DNA of 64,000 nucleotides from Camelus ferus (GCF_009834535.1 NC_045697.1:96288001-96352000), one strand, 5' to 3'. Positions 51,422 to 64,000 are shown, counted from the first letter of the stretch. A program made the numbers and translations. Notes: generated by a model from the letters alone, not told the origin.

Positions 51422-52411
51422 TAGAAGAACGTCTGTTTAGGTCTTCTGCACATTTTTTGATTGGATTGTTTGTTTTTTTGATATTAAGCTATATGAGCTG
51501 TCTTTATATTTTGTTTTCTTACTTCTAGTATCTGCCGCCTGCTGGGTAAGGCTAGACTAGAGGCTTGTGCAGGTTTCCTGGTAGGAGGAGTCAGTGCCTG
51601 CCCACTGCTGGGTGGAGCTTGGTCCTGGCCCTCTAGTGGGCAGGGCCATGTCTAGGGGCATGTCTTGAGGCATTTGTTGCTCAGGAAGTCTGCTGTTGGG
51701 TGGGGTTACATTCCCACCCAGTAGGTTGTTTGTCCTGAGGCTTCCCAGCACTTAAGCCTTTAGGCTGTTGGGTGGGGCTGGGTGTTAGTGCTAATGACCC
51801 AAGCAAGATGTCAGCTTCCAGGAAAGCTCATGTAGATGAACACTCTCTGAATGTCCACCACCAGCTTTTAGGTCCACAGGGTGAGTCACAGCTGCCCGCT
51901 TCCACCACCTTCCAAAGAGACCTTCTAAAACCAGTAGGCAGGTCCAGCCTAAGTTCCTGTGAAATCAGTGCCTCTGCCTTTGGTCCCAGCACATGTGAGA
52001 TTCTGTGTGCACTTCCCAAGAGAGTGAAGTCTCTGTTTCCCCTAGTCCCTTGGAGCTTCTGCAGTTAAGCCCCAGTGGCCTTCAAAACCAGATGTTCTGG
52101 GGTCTTCTCCAACCTATACTGGAACCCCGGGCTGGGGAGCCTTACATGGGACTCAGAACTCTTACTCCTGTAGGAGGACCTCTGGTTTGTGGGTCACCCA
52201 CCCAGGTATGGGACCTGATTATATCATGAGCACACCTTCTCCCATTACCCCACTGTGGTTCCCTCTTTATGTTTCCAGTTGAAGAAGATCTTTTTTGCTA
52301 GGTTCCAGTCTTTTTTCTCAATGTTTGTTTAGCAGTCAGTTGTGGTTTTTTTGTAATCTTGAGGAGATGAGCTTATGGTCCTACTACTCCACCATCTTGA
52401 CCGGAATTCCC
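51422..52411 (-). mobile_element. L1 5' UTR (52411-51514) fused to a ~90-bp distal ORF2 piece (51513-51422)
   Basis: Minus strand starts GGGAATTCCGGTCAAGATGGTGGAGTAG (L1 5' end with YY1-like core) and has a GC-rich UTR. It then reads CAAAATATAAAGACAGCTCATATAGCTTAATATCAAAAAAACAAACAATCCAATCAAAAAATGTGCAGAAGACCTAAACAGAC, homologous to 3893-3980 of the young L1. Confidence 0.9.
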
Positions 52412-52419
52412 AATATAGA

Positions 52420-53170
52420 TGCTTTTTTAAGACATAAGATAGACTAAGATTATGTGAGGAGTGCATATATACAGAAAAAAGAAGAGGTCAAAGAGGACTG
52501 TGTCCTGGCACCAGTGCCATGCCTACCCTTATTAGAGCTTAAGGTAAGAATAAAAATTAGTAATATTGATTCTGGTTTTATTTATAATTACAAATTTTGT
52601 TTACCATGGACTTTTTATGTAAATTTTTTTTAAATATTGAAATAATTTTAGCTTTTTTGCTACACTTTTTGGCACTCTTTAAATTTTGGCCCAAGATGAG
52701 TCAGTCATTTGTATCACCATAGTCTCAACCTTGCCTATAAATAAATGAGATCATAAAGTTCATTCATTTTAATAAGATAGGAGACAAAGAAGACCATGTA
52801 TTTGCAAGATGGTCAAATGATATCTGTATTCTAAAAGAAATGATACAGTAAGGAGAAAAATGATGTTGTAAGACAGAGAGATGGGGAGAGCACCTTGAGA
52901 AATGTCCTTGAGCAATTATCAGGAATGTGATCCTGTGAACAGCTGTTAGTATTGGCCTTAGCTAGTGACATGGGCTGCAAATGCATTTGGAACAGGAAAA
53001 AAGATGGAATATATGGGAGCAGAAGTGGGAAGTGATTTGATATAGCAGTACAAGCTAATCTGTTATCCTCTGATTGCTTCTATTTTCTCTGTGAAATAGA
53101 AAGTTGGGAGTGTGGATTGTGGAGGAAGTGTCAAAGGAAAAGTAGCAATGATAGAGAAAAAAATGTGAAA
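52420..53170 (-). mobile_element. L2 remnant (contains MER96B)
   Basis: GAAGAGGTCAAAGAGGACTG before the MITE and CTCTGATTGCTTCTATTTTCTCTGTGAAATAGA after it. Confidence 0.6.
52511..52733 (-). mobile_element. MER96B-like hAT MITE
   Basis: CAGTGCCATGCC...AGTAATATTGATTCTG...TTTTTGGCACTCTTTAAATTTTGGCCCAAG...TCACCATAGTCTCAACCTTG matches the recalled MER96B reverse complement. Confidence 0.75.
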
Positions 53171-55979
53171 TAATTATGTTGGCCACGAGGGAAATGGAAG
53201 AAATAATGGGTTAGGGAAGTCTATGTTATGTTCAGCTGCATGGGTGTAGCCACAGAGAAAGTGTCCAAGGAATATCCCATAAAAAATCAAAATTCTGTAT
53301 TTCAGAGCATGGGATAGATCTCTCCACTGCATTACTCTCAAATAGAAATAAAACAAGATTATACCTATATTTCTACTTTTGAAAAGTCCCCCTTTTCCCA
53401 GTAAATGCTAACATCTGCCAAGATGCAGCTAACATAGTTGTGAAACTTACTCCAATTCCCAGGTAGAATTAAGTTTCCTTCCAAAGCAGCCTTATTATCA
53501 TGTTGTAGTCCTTTCAAAATTGGTATTTGTCGCATTAAATAAAATTATTTAAAAATGACTAATCAACTCTGTCATTCTCTCTGACTTATTGAGCAAAAGA
53601 AATTTATAGTAGGAATGAGTTTTATTTATTGATGGTGTTGAATAAACTAGTGAAGAATGGGACACACTCATTTCTGTTTAGAATATGTAAAAGCTGGAAT
53701 GGTAGATGACCTTTGCAAGTTTCTGGCAGCCATATGATTTTGCATTTCTATTTTGTAGGAAAGTATTCAGAGTAGATTTCAAACTGTTTTTGAAATGGGT
53801 TGATAGCTCATTTTGTGGATGCTTTTGAATGTTGCTCCAGCAGGCAGAATACATTAGCATTCAGCTTAGAAAGGAAGTGGCAGCACATCTATTTCTGTAA
53901 TTTCAATGCGAGTAATCAGTTCATTGGGGGGAATAACAGGCTAAGACTTCAAACAAACTTAACTCAAACTGCCTAGCCTCCTGTTTAGTTGAAAAATTCC
54001 CTAACCATGGTGGGTTGGTTCCTGCTTAGAGATTCTGCTCTGAAAAATAAATGCTTTGCTAATTTTTGCATTGAGTGCTGTTGCATAACCCAACTCAAGG
54101 CCAAATTCAGAGGCAGGTTTGCTTTATAGAGATAGAAAGGAGAAACATTCAATTTCCTTTATACAACTACTGTCTTCTCCATTTGTGAAAAAAGCTACCT
54201 GTGTCTGCCTGTCATCTGTTGTTTACACATTTTGAATGACCCACACTGGGATCCAAAATTTTTCACCCACATACATTTTACTCATTTTTTTCCAGAAACC
54301 ACTATAACTTTATTCTCCAGAGATCTGAACCACAATCAGTTCCCTTAAAAAGCCTATTTGTATTGCTCTCTTGCTCAGATACAGATATAAAACACTATAA
54401 TACATCTTTTTTTAACCCAAAGGCAAACATTTGCAGCATGTGTGGTTTGATTAATACCAGATTCTGACTGAGGAATCTGTTGAGAAGAATATCACATAAT
54501 CAGATCTCTCTTTCTTAACTTTTCAATAATAAACATACCCATATTATTTTTAGTATGATTCTGAAAACTTTCATGTTTTTCTACCTGCTCAGATGCCATG
54601 TTCTTAATTAGGAAATTTGTAAATCCTTTTTCTGGTTATTGTTATGTTTACTGCAGATAGTATAAAGGGAAGGCTTACAAAAAATCTGATAATTATTCTA
54701 TAAAAGCTAAATTATTTTAATATTTCTATTCATAAATATAAAAGTAATTTAAATGCATTATTTCCAATACCTAATTAATTTTGTAATAAAAATACTGCAG
54801 AAGGAAAAGACAAATTATGCTTATTTGGAGGTATGTTTATCTATTTTCTTATTCACTATCATATTTATAGGAAGTGAATCTCTGCTCAGACTTTTTGTCT
54901 CCCAAATGTTCATGGATTTAAGTAGGAAGTAAAGATTTGCTAATTTTTTTAGGTTATTGTTAGTCTCTTCTAATTTTCCAGTAAAATACAAATATATAGA
55001 ATTTTAATTTATTGGAAATAATGACCAAAACCTTATTAGAATAACAATAAGAACTCCTTTGTCTTTAGGAAGAACAAATAATTGATGGAAGATCTACCTG
55101 GGGAGCATAGGCTATAGAAGTCTTTAAGTTCTTACTTTGAAAAATTTGAGTCTCTCATTTTAGGAATAATACTTAGACACTGATTATAGTGAGTATGCAT
55201 TTTTGCAAAGAAGTAATAGGTCTGATTTTTGAGAAATATGAAAAAGATATATCAGTAGTAAGTTATCCTCCAGAGACATTCGGTAAGCATCAATAAGCAT
55301 TCCACTCTAGTTGACTGAAATTTGCAAATATTAGAGGTATGTACTATTTCGCATTGTGGTGAAGTTAAAAACACCAGTAAAATGAGAAACAAGCAAAAGA
55401 AGAGAATAGGCAGGAGGAGGAGCAAAGCAATTGAAAAATCTGCAACCTGAAGAATTAATTCCTGAGTAATCAAGATTTGTCTGTACTCTACTGTTAGGAA
55501 TGGATTTTAGTGCTTATTCAGTTCAAACCAGAACTCTTACTTTTTGTGTCACTAATCTGAAGAGTCAAGTACCAATTTCTTTATACCATTACTGGTATGT
55601 ATAACATATAACTGTTTAACTCATAAAACTAATATATAATATAATGTCACAGGGAGAATCTGAATAAACTTTAAAAAGTTCACACAGAAATGAATTCCTG
55701 GTGTCCTTTGAGCACTCAGGTATCTGTGCTTAGTCCAGATACATTGCTCCAGAATGTCGTGATAAGTAAAGTTATTTATTTTAATCCTGAGATAGTAAGT
55801 TGAGTAAAAATCATGTGTGCATGTGAATTTTCCAATGATGGATCTCATTAGACATTTATATGCCTTTTGCTCACATTGCTAAGTTATTTTATAAAGGCAT
55901 AAGATACGTCATGAATGAACTGTACTCTCACAAAGCTAGATATATACGACTCAAAGTTTGGCTAGTTTGTAAATACAGT

Positions 55980-56210
55980 TAGTTCACTCTTGAACAACAT
56001 AGAAGTTAGCGGCACTGACCCACCACACTCAAAATCTTTGTACAATTTATATTCAACCCTCTGTATCTTTGGTTTCTCCTCATCTGCAGTACAGCATCTG
56101 AGGATTCAACCAACCCAGGATCCTGTAGTACCATAGTCTTTACTTCTGAAATAAATTTGCATATCATGGACCTGGATAGTTCAAACCTATGGTTTCTCAG
56201 GGGTCAACTA
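55980..56210. mobile_element. MER8-like Tigger2-derived MITE
   Basis: TIR-like ends TAGTTCACTCTTGAACAAC...TCTCAGGGGTCAACTA followed by TA. Internal GGATTCAACCAACC...TGTAGTAC. Confidence 0.85.
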
Positions 56211-57239
56211 TAGTTGGATTTTTCATTAAACCCCCAAACTCCTCAATAAAAGAAAATGCCTGAATATATTTTCATCAGCATGTATATACATATGTATGTA
56301 TGTGTGTGTGTGCATCTATACATTCACACATGTATTTATTTATATCCATCCAATCTAAAATGGATCTAATTTACTGATTTCTCTGTCAAATTACCTAATA
56401 TATTATTGCTGGGCCTATAAACTTTCTTTCCTTTTTTATTTTGTTTTATTGATTATTTCATAATCAATCAGTAATTTTTTCACCTTAGATATATCTTATG
56501 CTCTATTTAGACCAAGCCCAAACCTCCTAGTTACTTTAGTCTGTAATTTCCTGTTGCTGAAAAATTACAGGACAAGTGAACCTCCAAATCCAGCAGGCTG
56601 CATTTTATCAGTGGATCCCATGTTGGATATTTTGCTGGTTTTGATGGCAGACTTATTCTAAAGTTCCCACTAATATTATGTAATTCCCATATATAGTCCC
56701 ATGAATATTATGTAATTGAATTTCAATCAAAGTGGTTGATAGAACATCAGATAGGACTAAGGCTATCACATAATTAAATGTATAAAGCATTTTATTTATT
56801 GAAAACCATTTGCACAGATGAATGAGTTTACAAATATTTTGAATTTTTAATGTTCAGAATGTAATGTTCCAGATCAATTTAAAGCCACAAGCCATTCTGA
56901 GCATGCCCCATGCCCAAGATCAGGTCAACAAAAATAGAAGTATGGTCATTAGGTCATATAACTTCCCATTTTAGGCAAAAAGTAAATATCTAACTGACTA
57001 AACAAACTAGATAAGAAGGAAGAGCACTTCATTTTATAGATGCTTTCACAAATCTGAGACAGACTTCCCAAAAGTCCACCATTGTCCATCATCTAAATTT
57101 TAGAAATGTGTACAATTTGAAATGAAATTAAATGTTCAGATAAGAATATATGTCACTTTTAGGAATCTCCTCACCAACTAAATCACAAGCAGACCTCTAG
57201 CATCTGCTTGAGATTTATGCCTGAGTCCTAAGTTGTAAA

Positions 57240-57375
57240 TATACAAAGATATATATGTATATGTGTATATATATATATGTATATGTATATCTACACACAC
57301 ATATATATGTATACACATGGGTGTATATATGTATATGTAGCTGAATATATCTATATGTGTATGCATACACATATT
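57240..57375. repeat. Compound (TA/TG/CA)n simple repeat
   Basis: Alternating purine-pyrimidine tract that includes the perfect 22-bp palindrome ATATGTGTATGCATACACATAT at 57353-57374. Confidence 0.95.
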
Positions 57376-59334
57376 TAATATTGATACAATATTAAAACCT
57401 CAAAATAACTTTCATGTTTGCATTAAATTCTCTTTGTTAGAAACTTTGAATGTCACTCAGTATCTTCCTCTTTACCCACACTTAGAATATCAAATAACTC
57501 AGGACATTAATACATGTCTTATGGTTTTAAGAACTGGAACTCTGTAAAATACTAATCATGGAAATCTACTTTTTACATTAACATTATAGAAACTGTTACA
57601 GATAGTAACAGATTTAGAAACTTTATTTCCATTAAGAATAGAACATAAAATTTTCAAAAAAACATAAAACTAATTGACAAACAAGGCTTTAAGAAAAAGG
57701 AGTTATTAAATTAGAAATATTCTTCTCTCTTTTTTCCATTTATAGTTACCTTGACCAATACCAACTCTGACTTTCCTGCTCCCAAGCCATAAAGGTATGG
57801 ATATTTATTTGTCTATCTGTTTATCTATCATTCTCTATCTCTTGAGATAATATTTATATATAACTCTGTCTTTAATAGAATATTATGAAATGTATCAAAA
57901 TGGGAAAAGTAGTTGAATAATTTATATTTACAATTACTATGTTCCTCAAGCTGTTCAAAAAGAGGTGCATATTTGTACTAACAAACTTCTGCATTCTCTA
58001 TAAATGTTAAGTCATTAAAATACCTCCTAGTCAGTGAGAGTTGGCATGAGGTAAGAGCAAAGAAATGTGTTTGAAGAGACACATTTTAAGCTCTGGAATA
58101 AGGGACTAAATACATACGATAATATTCATGATTCACTGTATATTTTGCTTCTATCCATAATAGACTGTATATGTGCATACAATTTATTTCAAGAAATGAT
58201 TTGAAAATAGAATAGAACGTTGAAAAGTATTGGTCAGTTATTCATTACATAATTTACCTAAATACCTGCTCTCTACTGCCAAATTAAAGAAAAATAAAGA
58301 GCTACTATGTCAGTAAGTTACCGTATATTTTATTGTTGAATTTAAGACATACACAGAGCTAGCCTCAGGCTCTCCTGATTTTTAGTGACGCCAAGAGTTC
58401 TTTAAGGAATAATAAAATGTACTCTATTCTCAGTGTACTCAGGGTTATTATTCACAGTACTGGTTATACAATACACTCTGCTTTTATGGTTTTTTTTATA
58501 TTAGCTCCTCCTGTGCTTTAGAACTCCTTTTTCCACATCTATTTCACTATTTGTTTTCTGTCTCAGAAAGCCTGTAATTGTTCTGCATGAGATAAGAGGG
58601 GAATGTTTTTAAACCTCCTTTGACTACCAGGAAAGGCAGAAAGCAAGCAATTTTAAAGGAAAAATAAAATCTGTATTTACCCATTGCTTTAAATATGTAT
58701 GAAAGACAGTTTAAGAGACCGTGCACTCAAAGAGTAAATGATTTTTTTTCTATATCACTCATCAAAAATACTAAATGTTCAAATCTGTGTCCAATCTTTC
58801 TGAGAAACAGGTGGGTAGCTACAAAAGTAGCCAAAAAGATATGTACCACCTTCTAAGGAATTATTTTAAGGTACGAATTCAGAAATGTTTTAAGTTACTT
58901 GAAGTGAAGAAATGAACATATATTAAACAATAAAAACTACTAATTATTAAGCATAATATACCATGAACTCTGCGGATCTTGTGTCAGCTATGATTCTTTA
59001 ACGCTTCACTAAGACTCAAATATTCAAAAGTTTGGTCCTGCATAACTTTATGTATTTGACTACACTCCAGGTGTTGCTTATACATAATATCTTAGGAGCC
59101 AGCATTGAATTTTGACTGCCTATAACAAGTTAGCACTGTGTGTGATCTTCACTAAGGCAGACCACTACCACATATCAGCTTAAAACTAGTCTAAGTCCTA
59201 TTATTTTGTTTGAGAAGAGTGTTGCCTATTTGGGATGGGGAATGGTGAAGAATATTGTCCAAAGTGTGTATGGTGTGGGATACAGTAAATATCCACAAAC
59301 TCAGAAGACCTTCTTTCTGAGGTATTTTTCTCCT

Positions 59335-61365
59335 TTCAACCAATTGCCATAACAAATTACACTAACTGGGTGGCTGGACTTGAATTTGGGGGGTAGACTG
59401 TAATCCACCGTCTGTTACTCCAAAATTCACATTCATTCCACAGGCAAAACATATTCACTTCATCCCAACAGTCTCAAGCCTTAACTCATTTCAGCAAAAT
59501 CTCTCTAAGTCCAAAGTCTCATCTAAACATTCATTACTCAAGAAGTTCCAAATCACATCGTCTAAATCAAGTATGGGTGAGACTCCAGGTGTAATACATT
59601 TGCAGTATTTCAGCTGGCTTGACATTCTCAAGAACCGTGTCTGTTTCCCAGGCATTTCAAGGGGATGCAAGCCTTTAGACACAAGGGTTCTCCACAGATC
59701 CCTCCTGTGCGATGTCATCTCCACCTCTGGCTTCTACTGATGATTTATTGTGTTCATAAGTCACATACCTCGTATCTCCAGCAGCAGACTGTCTTCCTTA
59801 TCCTTGGCATTCTCTCCAGAGTATGATTTAGCATCTTTTGAGATAAGGATAGGCTGATAATTTTCCAAAATATCAAATTCTAGTTGTTTTGCTTAAGAGT
59901 TTCTTCTTTGATTTATTTATTTCTTCTCACATTGTATGATGACAGAGAAAGAGAAACCAGGCTGCACCTTCAGTACTTGGCAAGGAAATGTCCTCAGCTA
60001 AATATTGTTTCATTGCTTATAAGCTCTGCTTTGTGCCACAATTCAGCCAATTTTTTTTTGCCTCTTTATAACACAGATTGCCTTTTTTACAGTGTCAAAT
60101 AACATATTCTTCCTTTCCTTCTGAGAACTCAAGAGAAGTACCTTTTATGTCTATATTTTTACCAATAGTCCTAAACTTTTTCTATCATAAGCCTCAATAG
60201 TTTCAGTCTCTATTACCCAATTTCAAAGAAACTTCCACATTTCAAAATACTTCATAAAGAAGCACCCACTTTCTTTTTTTGTACCAAAAAACAACTGATC
60301 TTTTTATTTTTTCTATTTTTTATTAAAGTATAGTCAGTTTACCATGTTGTGTTAATTTCTAGTGTACACCATAGGGATTCAGTTTTACATACATATGTGT
60401 ATATATATACACACACATACATAAATATATATATTCCTTTTTGTATTCTTTTTCATTATAGGCTATTACAAGGTTTTGAATATAGTTCCTTGAGCTGTCC
60501 AGTGGGACCTTGCTGTTTATCTATTTGAAATATAGTAGTTAGTATTTGTAAACTCCAAACTCTCAGTTTGTTCCTCCACTGCCCCACTTTCCCCTTGGTA
60601 ACCGTAAGTTTGTTTTCTATGTCTGTGAGTCTGTTTCAGTTTTGTAAATAAATTCATTTGTGTCCTTTTTTTTTTTTTTTTTTTTAGGTTCTGCATATAA
60701 GCGATATCATAGGGTATTTTTTTCTTTCTCTTTCTGGATTACTTCACTTAGTATGACAATCTCCAGGTCCATCCATGTTACTGCAAATGGCATTATTTCA
60801 TTCTTTTTTATGGCTTTTTATGAGTAGTTTTCCATTATATATACATATAATGTAAATATATACCACAACTTCTTTATCCAACCATCTGTCGATGGACATT
60901 TAGGTGGCCTCCATGTCTTGGCTATTGTAAACAAAAGAAGCAACCCACTTCTAAGTACCAAACCCTGCAGGAGTTTTCTAGGGCTGCCATAATAGCATAT
61001 CATAAGCTGGGTGGTCGAAAACAACAAAAATTTATTCTCTCATAGTTCTATGAGATAGAGGTCTGAAATCCATGTGTCAGAAAGCCAGTGCTCCCTTTGA
61101 AGACCCTAGGGAAGAACCTTTCCTTCCCTTTCCAACTTCTAGTAATCCCAAGTGTTCTCTGGCTTGCGGTAGCATAACTCCAAGTTCTGCCTACCTCCAC
61201 CTGATAAAGAACTTGTTCTGTGTATGCCTGTGTCCTCTCATCTTCTTATAAGGACACCAGTCATTGGATTTAGGTTTCACCCTAAATTTAGTATGATATC
61301 ATCTCAAGATCCTTAAGTAATTACATCTGCAAAAATCCTTCTTCCAAATAAAATGACATTTTAAA
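59335..61365 (-). mobile_element. MaLR (MLT1) element: deleted LTR, internal region and LTR (~60965-61365), interrupted by an L1
   Basis: TGCCATAACAAATTAC LTR stub, then MLT1-int words (TCTAAGTCCAAAGTCTCATCTAAA, ATCAAGTATGGGTGAGACT, GAGAAACCAGGCTGCACCTTC). Second LTR: CTAGGGCTGCCATAA...AAATTTATTCTCTCATAGTTCT...TTCTTATAAGGACACCAGTCATTGGATTTAGG...TTACATCTGCAAA. Confidence 0.85.
60275..60933 (-). mobile_element. 5'-truncated L1 3' end with TSD, inserted in the MaLR
   Basis: Minus ORF FTIAKTWRPPKCPSTDGWIKKLWYI plus an L1 3' UTR. ~19-bp imperfect TSD AAAGAAGCACCCACTTTCT (60256-60274) / AAAGAAGCAACCCACTTCT (60934-60952). Confidence 0.93.
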
Positions 61366-62074
61366 GCTGCAGCTGAGTGAGGTTCCAGCTGGATGAGGGA
61401 GAAGGGAGAGAGAAACTAGTCAAAACACTATACCTTCTTTCCATAAGGTGAGAAATAGCAAATAAAGTCGAAAGCTGTTGCATTTGCCATTAAAATGCAC
61501 CCTTTCAATGTTTTTTCCTTATTTTAATCCAATATACACAGTACTACTTTCAACACACCTGCATGGACAGATAACTGGCAAGCCTCTGTAGAGGGAGAGG
61601 CTAGAAAGTCTCCAGAAATCCTAGCTTCTTTGGATTTGGTCTTTTCCTAATGGTGTTGAGTGATTTTTAAGCATTAAGAGGTTCATAAATATAAGACACA
61701 CTCAAGTATAAGCATGTTTCTATTCCAAGTCAACCTCCTTTTTTTTCTGTTAGCGATATACCTTTGTCTCCAATACTAATAAAAAAAATTACTTAAAATT
61801 ATTATTACGAAGTTTGAGAATATTTTGACTGAGGCCAGAAAACCTAAGGTTTATTTCAAACCAGAAAAGAGTCTCGAATTTTTCAAATTGTAAAATAAGT
61901 CCTTCACCACTTGTCGGAAATTAAAACAAACACATATACTTTCTTCTAAGTTCTATAAGGAAGGTTGCCAAACAAATATGAGACTCTCCAAGTGAATTCC
62001 AAATGAGTGGCTTACAAAAGAAGAAATTATTTTATAAAGCTGGAAAGGATGCTAGAAAACTTCAGTTCCAACTG

Positions 62075-62205
62075 TCCAACCGTATAGTTTACAGTTGAAG
62101 AAAATGAGGACAAAGATATTGAATTTCCCCAAGTCACATAGCTCATTAGTGACAAGGCTGGCATTGTAAATCCTTGGTTTTACAGACTAAGTCTGCTGAT
62201 GTCTC
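62075..62205 (-). mobile_element. MIR fragment
   Basis: TTTACAGTTGAAGAAAATGAGG...CCCAAGTCACATAGCTCATTAGTGACAAGGCTGG. Confidence 0.7.
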
Positions 62206-62861
62206 TCATCTGCAGACCAAGCCCTTCGCTTGCTACTGATAGTGTCTCATAAAAATGACAAAGACTTGAGCTTTCTCTGCTTCTCTGCAGTGTTCATGCT
62301 GAGTCCTGTGACTCACATGCTGATCTGCCTTTCTCCCTGGAAGCCTCACCAGTGTGGTGAAGACCCTGCACAGCAGGAGCTGATGCCGAGGATCAGACCC
62401 ATCTATTAGAAAGATATGTAGACAGGAATAATCAACTCATTTCTTTGCCAATGAAAACCAAACCATTATTTTTAAGTCCAGTATTATGGGACTGTCTAAT
62501 TATATACAAGAAGGGCAGAGGGCATTAATAATGTCAGTTTTAATACGCTGTTTTAAGGGTCAAATGAGTCAGCATAGCAAAATTGTCTGACATGTAGTAG
62601 GAAATCAGGGAATATCAGTCCCCTCTTTATTATTCAACAGATGGATACAGACCAAAGAATTGAAATAACATTGAAATAACATTGGATAAACATAAACTAA
62701 GGGGTCAGAACTATTGACAATATTTAGACAAAAGAGAAATTCAAGACATAACACTGACAGTTTCTCAGATGTGTCCAGTTTGTTGCATCGAGTGCATAAA
62801 TAATTTGATAGTCATTGAATTTTAGGGCTGGAATAAAGCTTAGTAGGTACTTAATCTGAAT

Positions 62862-63080
62862 CAGGACTTTTCATCCTCGGCACTATTGAAATTTTGGTCC
62901 AGACCTTTTTTTTTTTTGCTTGGCTGGGAGAGGGATTGTCCTGTCCACTGTAAGTTGTTCAGCAGCATTTCTGACCTCCACTCACTGGATGTCACTAACA
63001 CTCCCAAGCCCCAAGCTGTGATGACAGGAACGCGGCCAAATGTACCCTGAAGGCAAAACTGCCCCCAGTTGAGAACCACA
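62862..63080. mobile_element. MER20 hAT-Charlie MITE
   Basis: CTCGGCACTATTGAAATTTTGGTCCAGA...TGTCCTGTCCACTGTAAG...CAGCAGCAT...GCCAAATGTACCCTG...GCAAAACTGCCCCCAGTTGAGAACCAC. Confidence 0.92.
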
Positions 63081-63189
63081 TGCCTGAACCATCATTTAAT
63101 TTATGAGAATTAGAAATATCAAGAATTTGGCTGGTGTCCTCTAAATAATCTATCAACTACAGTGAAGTGGATAAGAAATTACAATGACC

Positions 63190-63360
63190 TAGGGAATCAT
63201 GTGGCTTTAGTTTGGGTTTTTCCTCTGCCTCTTTCTCTGAGTGTGACTTAGAATAATTCACTTACCTGCTATTGTCTCAATTCTCTCATTTAAAATAGGA
63301 AAAATATACTTCACCTGCCTTCATCATTGGATTCTGGGTGGATAAAATAGGATAGTGTTT
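63190..63360 (+). mobile_element. MIR fragment
   Basis: TGTGACTTAGAATAATTCACTTACC...TCTCAATTCTCTCATTTAAAATAGG. Confidence 0.6.
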
Positions 63361-63525
63361 TTAAAGGTTTGGAGGCAACCCACCTCCGCACACAGGTGCC
63401 TGTGCACACAGATACACCTGTGTATTATTATCATCACTAATCTCAAATAGGAGCCAGATCTTAAGCCCAGTTGCCTTTGTGCATAATTTGATCCACTGAA
63501 GCAACACTTAGAGCTGCCTATAAAG

Positions 63526-63713
63526 CAGTATTATCAAGATATGTTTTAGCTACCACCTCCGTAAGAATAATGTGGCAATGCTTGCTAAAATGCAGATACT
63601 CAGGCCCATTCCCAGCTAATTTAATTTAAAAGTCTGGAGAAGACCTTTGAATTGGCATGGTGAAAGGATAACTTAGATGACTCTGCAGTTCTCTTGTTAT
63701 TTTGGAATCACTG
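63526..63713. mobile_element. MER5-like hAT-Charlie MITE
   Basis: CAGTATTATCAA...GCTTGCTAAAATGCAGATACTCAGGCCCA...TTTGGAATCACTG. Confidence 0.7.
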
Positions 63714-64000
63714 ACAGGCCAATTGTTTTCAGGCATTTCCAAAATAGCTTCTGTGATTTCCAAGTGTTATTATTTCCAAGTGTTATTCCCCAGTTTATTG
63801 TTTTCCAAGCATCTTTTATTTGCCAAAAATATCTATTGACATACAGTTTTTACTAAGTCACTCCCTGCTAAATTCTCTCAGTGAGCCTTCTCCTCTCTGG
63901 TATAACATGCCAACACTCTAGCATGATAAGTTATCCTTCTATGATCTATTCCCTTCTATGATCTGTTCCCTTTTCTAAACTGATCAACTACATCTCCTAT

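Noticed and set aside
51557..52229. Cluster of overlapping 63-98-aa ORFs or a host CpG-island promoter
   Set aside because: These lie in the GC-rich L1 5' UTR where stops are rarer, and CpGs are largely decayed.
57178..57372. 64-aa His/Ile/Tyr-rich ORF
   Set aside because: It is a translation of a (TA/CA)n simple repeat.

Overview
AT-rich, CpG-poor mammalian genomic DNA, intergenic or deep intronic, with no recognisable host protein-coding gene, rRNA, functional tRNA or CRISPR array. Two tRNA-Ala-derived SINEs and the 3' UTR of the youngest LINE-1 point to a camelid (camel, alpaca or vicuna). Much of the window is transposable-element derived: LINE-1 of several ages, L2, MIR, MaLR/ERVL LTRs and DNA-transposon MITEs (MER5, MER8, MER20, MER96B). 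The only long ORF (3857-4561) is the C-terminus of L1 ORF2p in a young 5'-truncated copy. The most notable object is a ~600-bp ERV LTR at 19320-19938. It carries a near-verbatim, fold-competent half of the type-D retroviral constitutive transport element (CTE, the NXF1/TAP-binding RNA export element) in its presumed U3. It also ends in an odd 'LTR - PBS stub - second LTR end' junction. Other oddities are a tail-to-tail pair of L1 fragments forming a ~1.1-kb-arm imperfect inverted repeat, an L1 5' UTR fused directly to the distal end of ORF2, and weak minus-strand exon candidates. Repeat family names come from recalled consensus sequences, not from a database search, and boundaries of old repeats are approximate.
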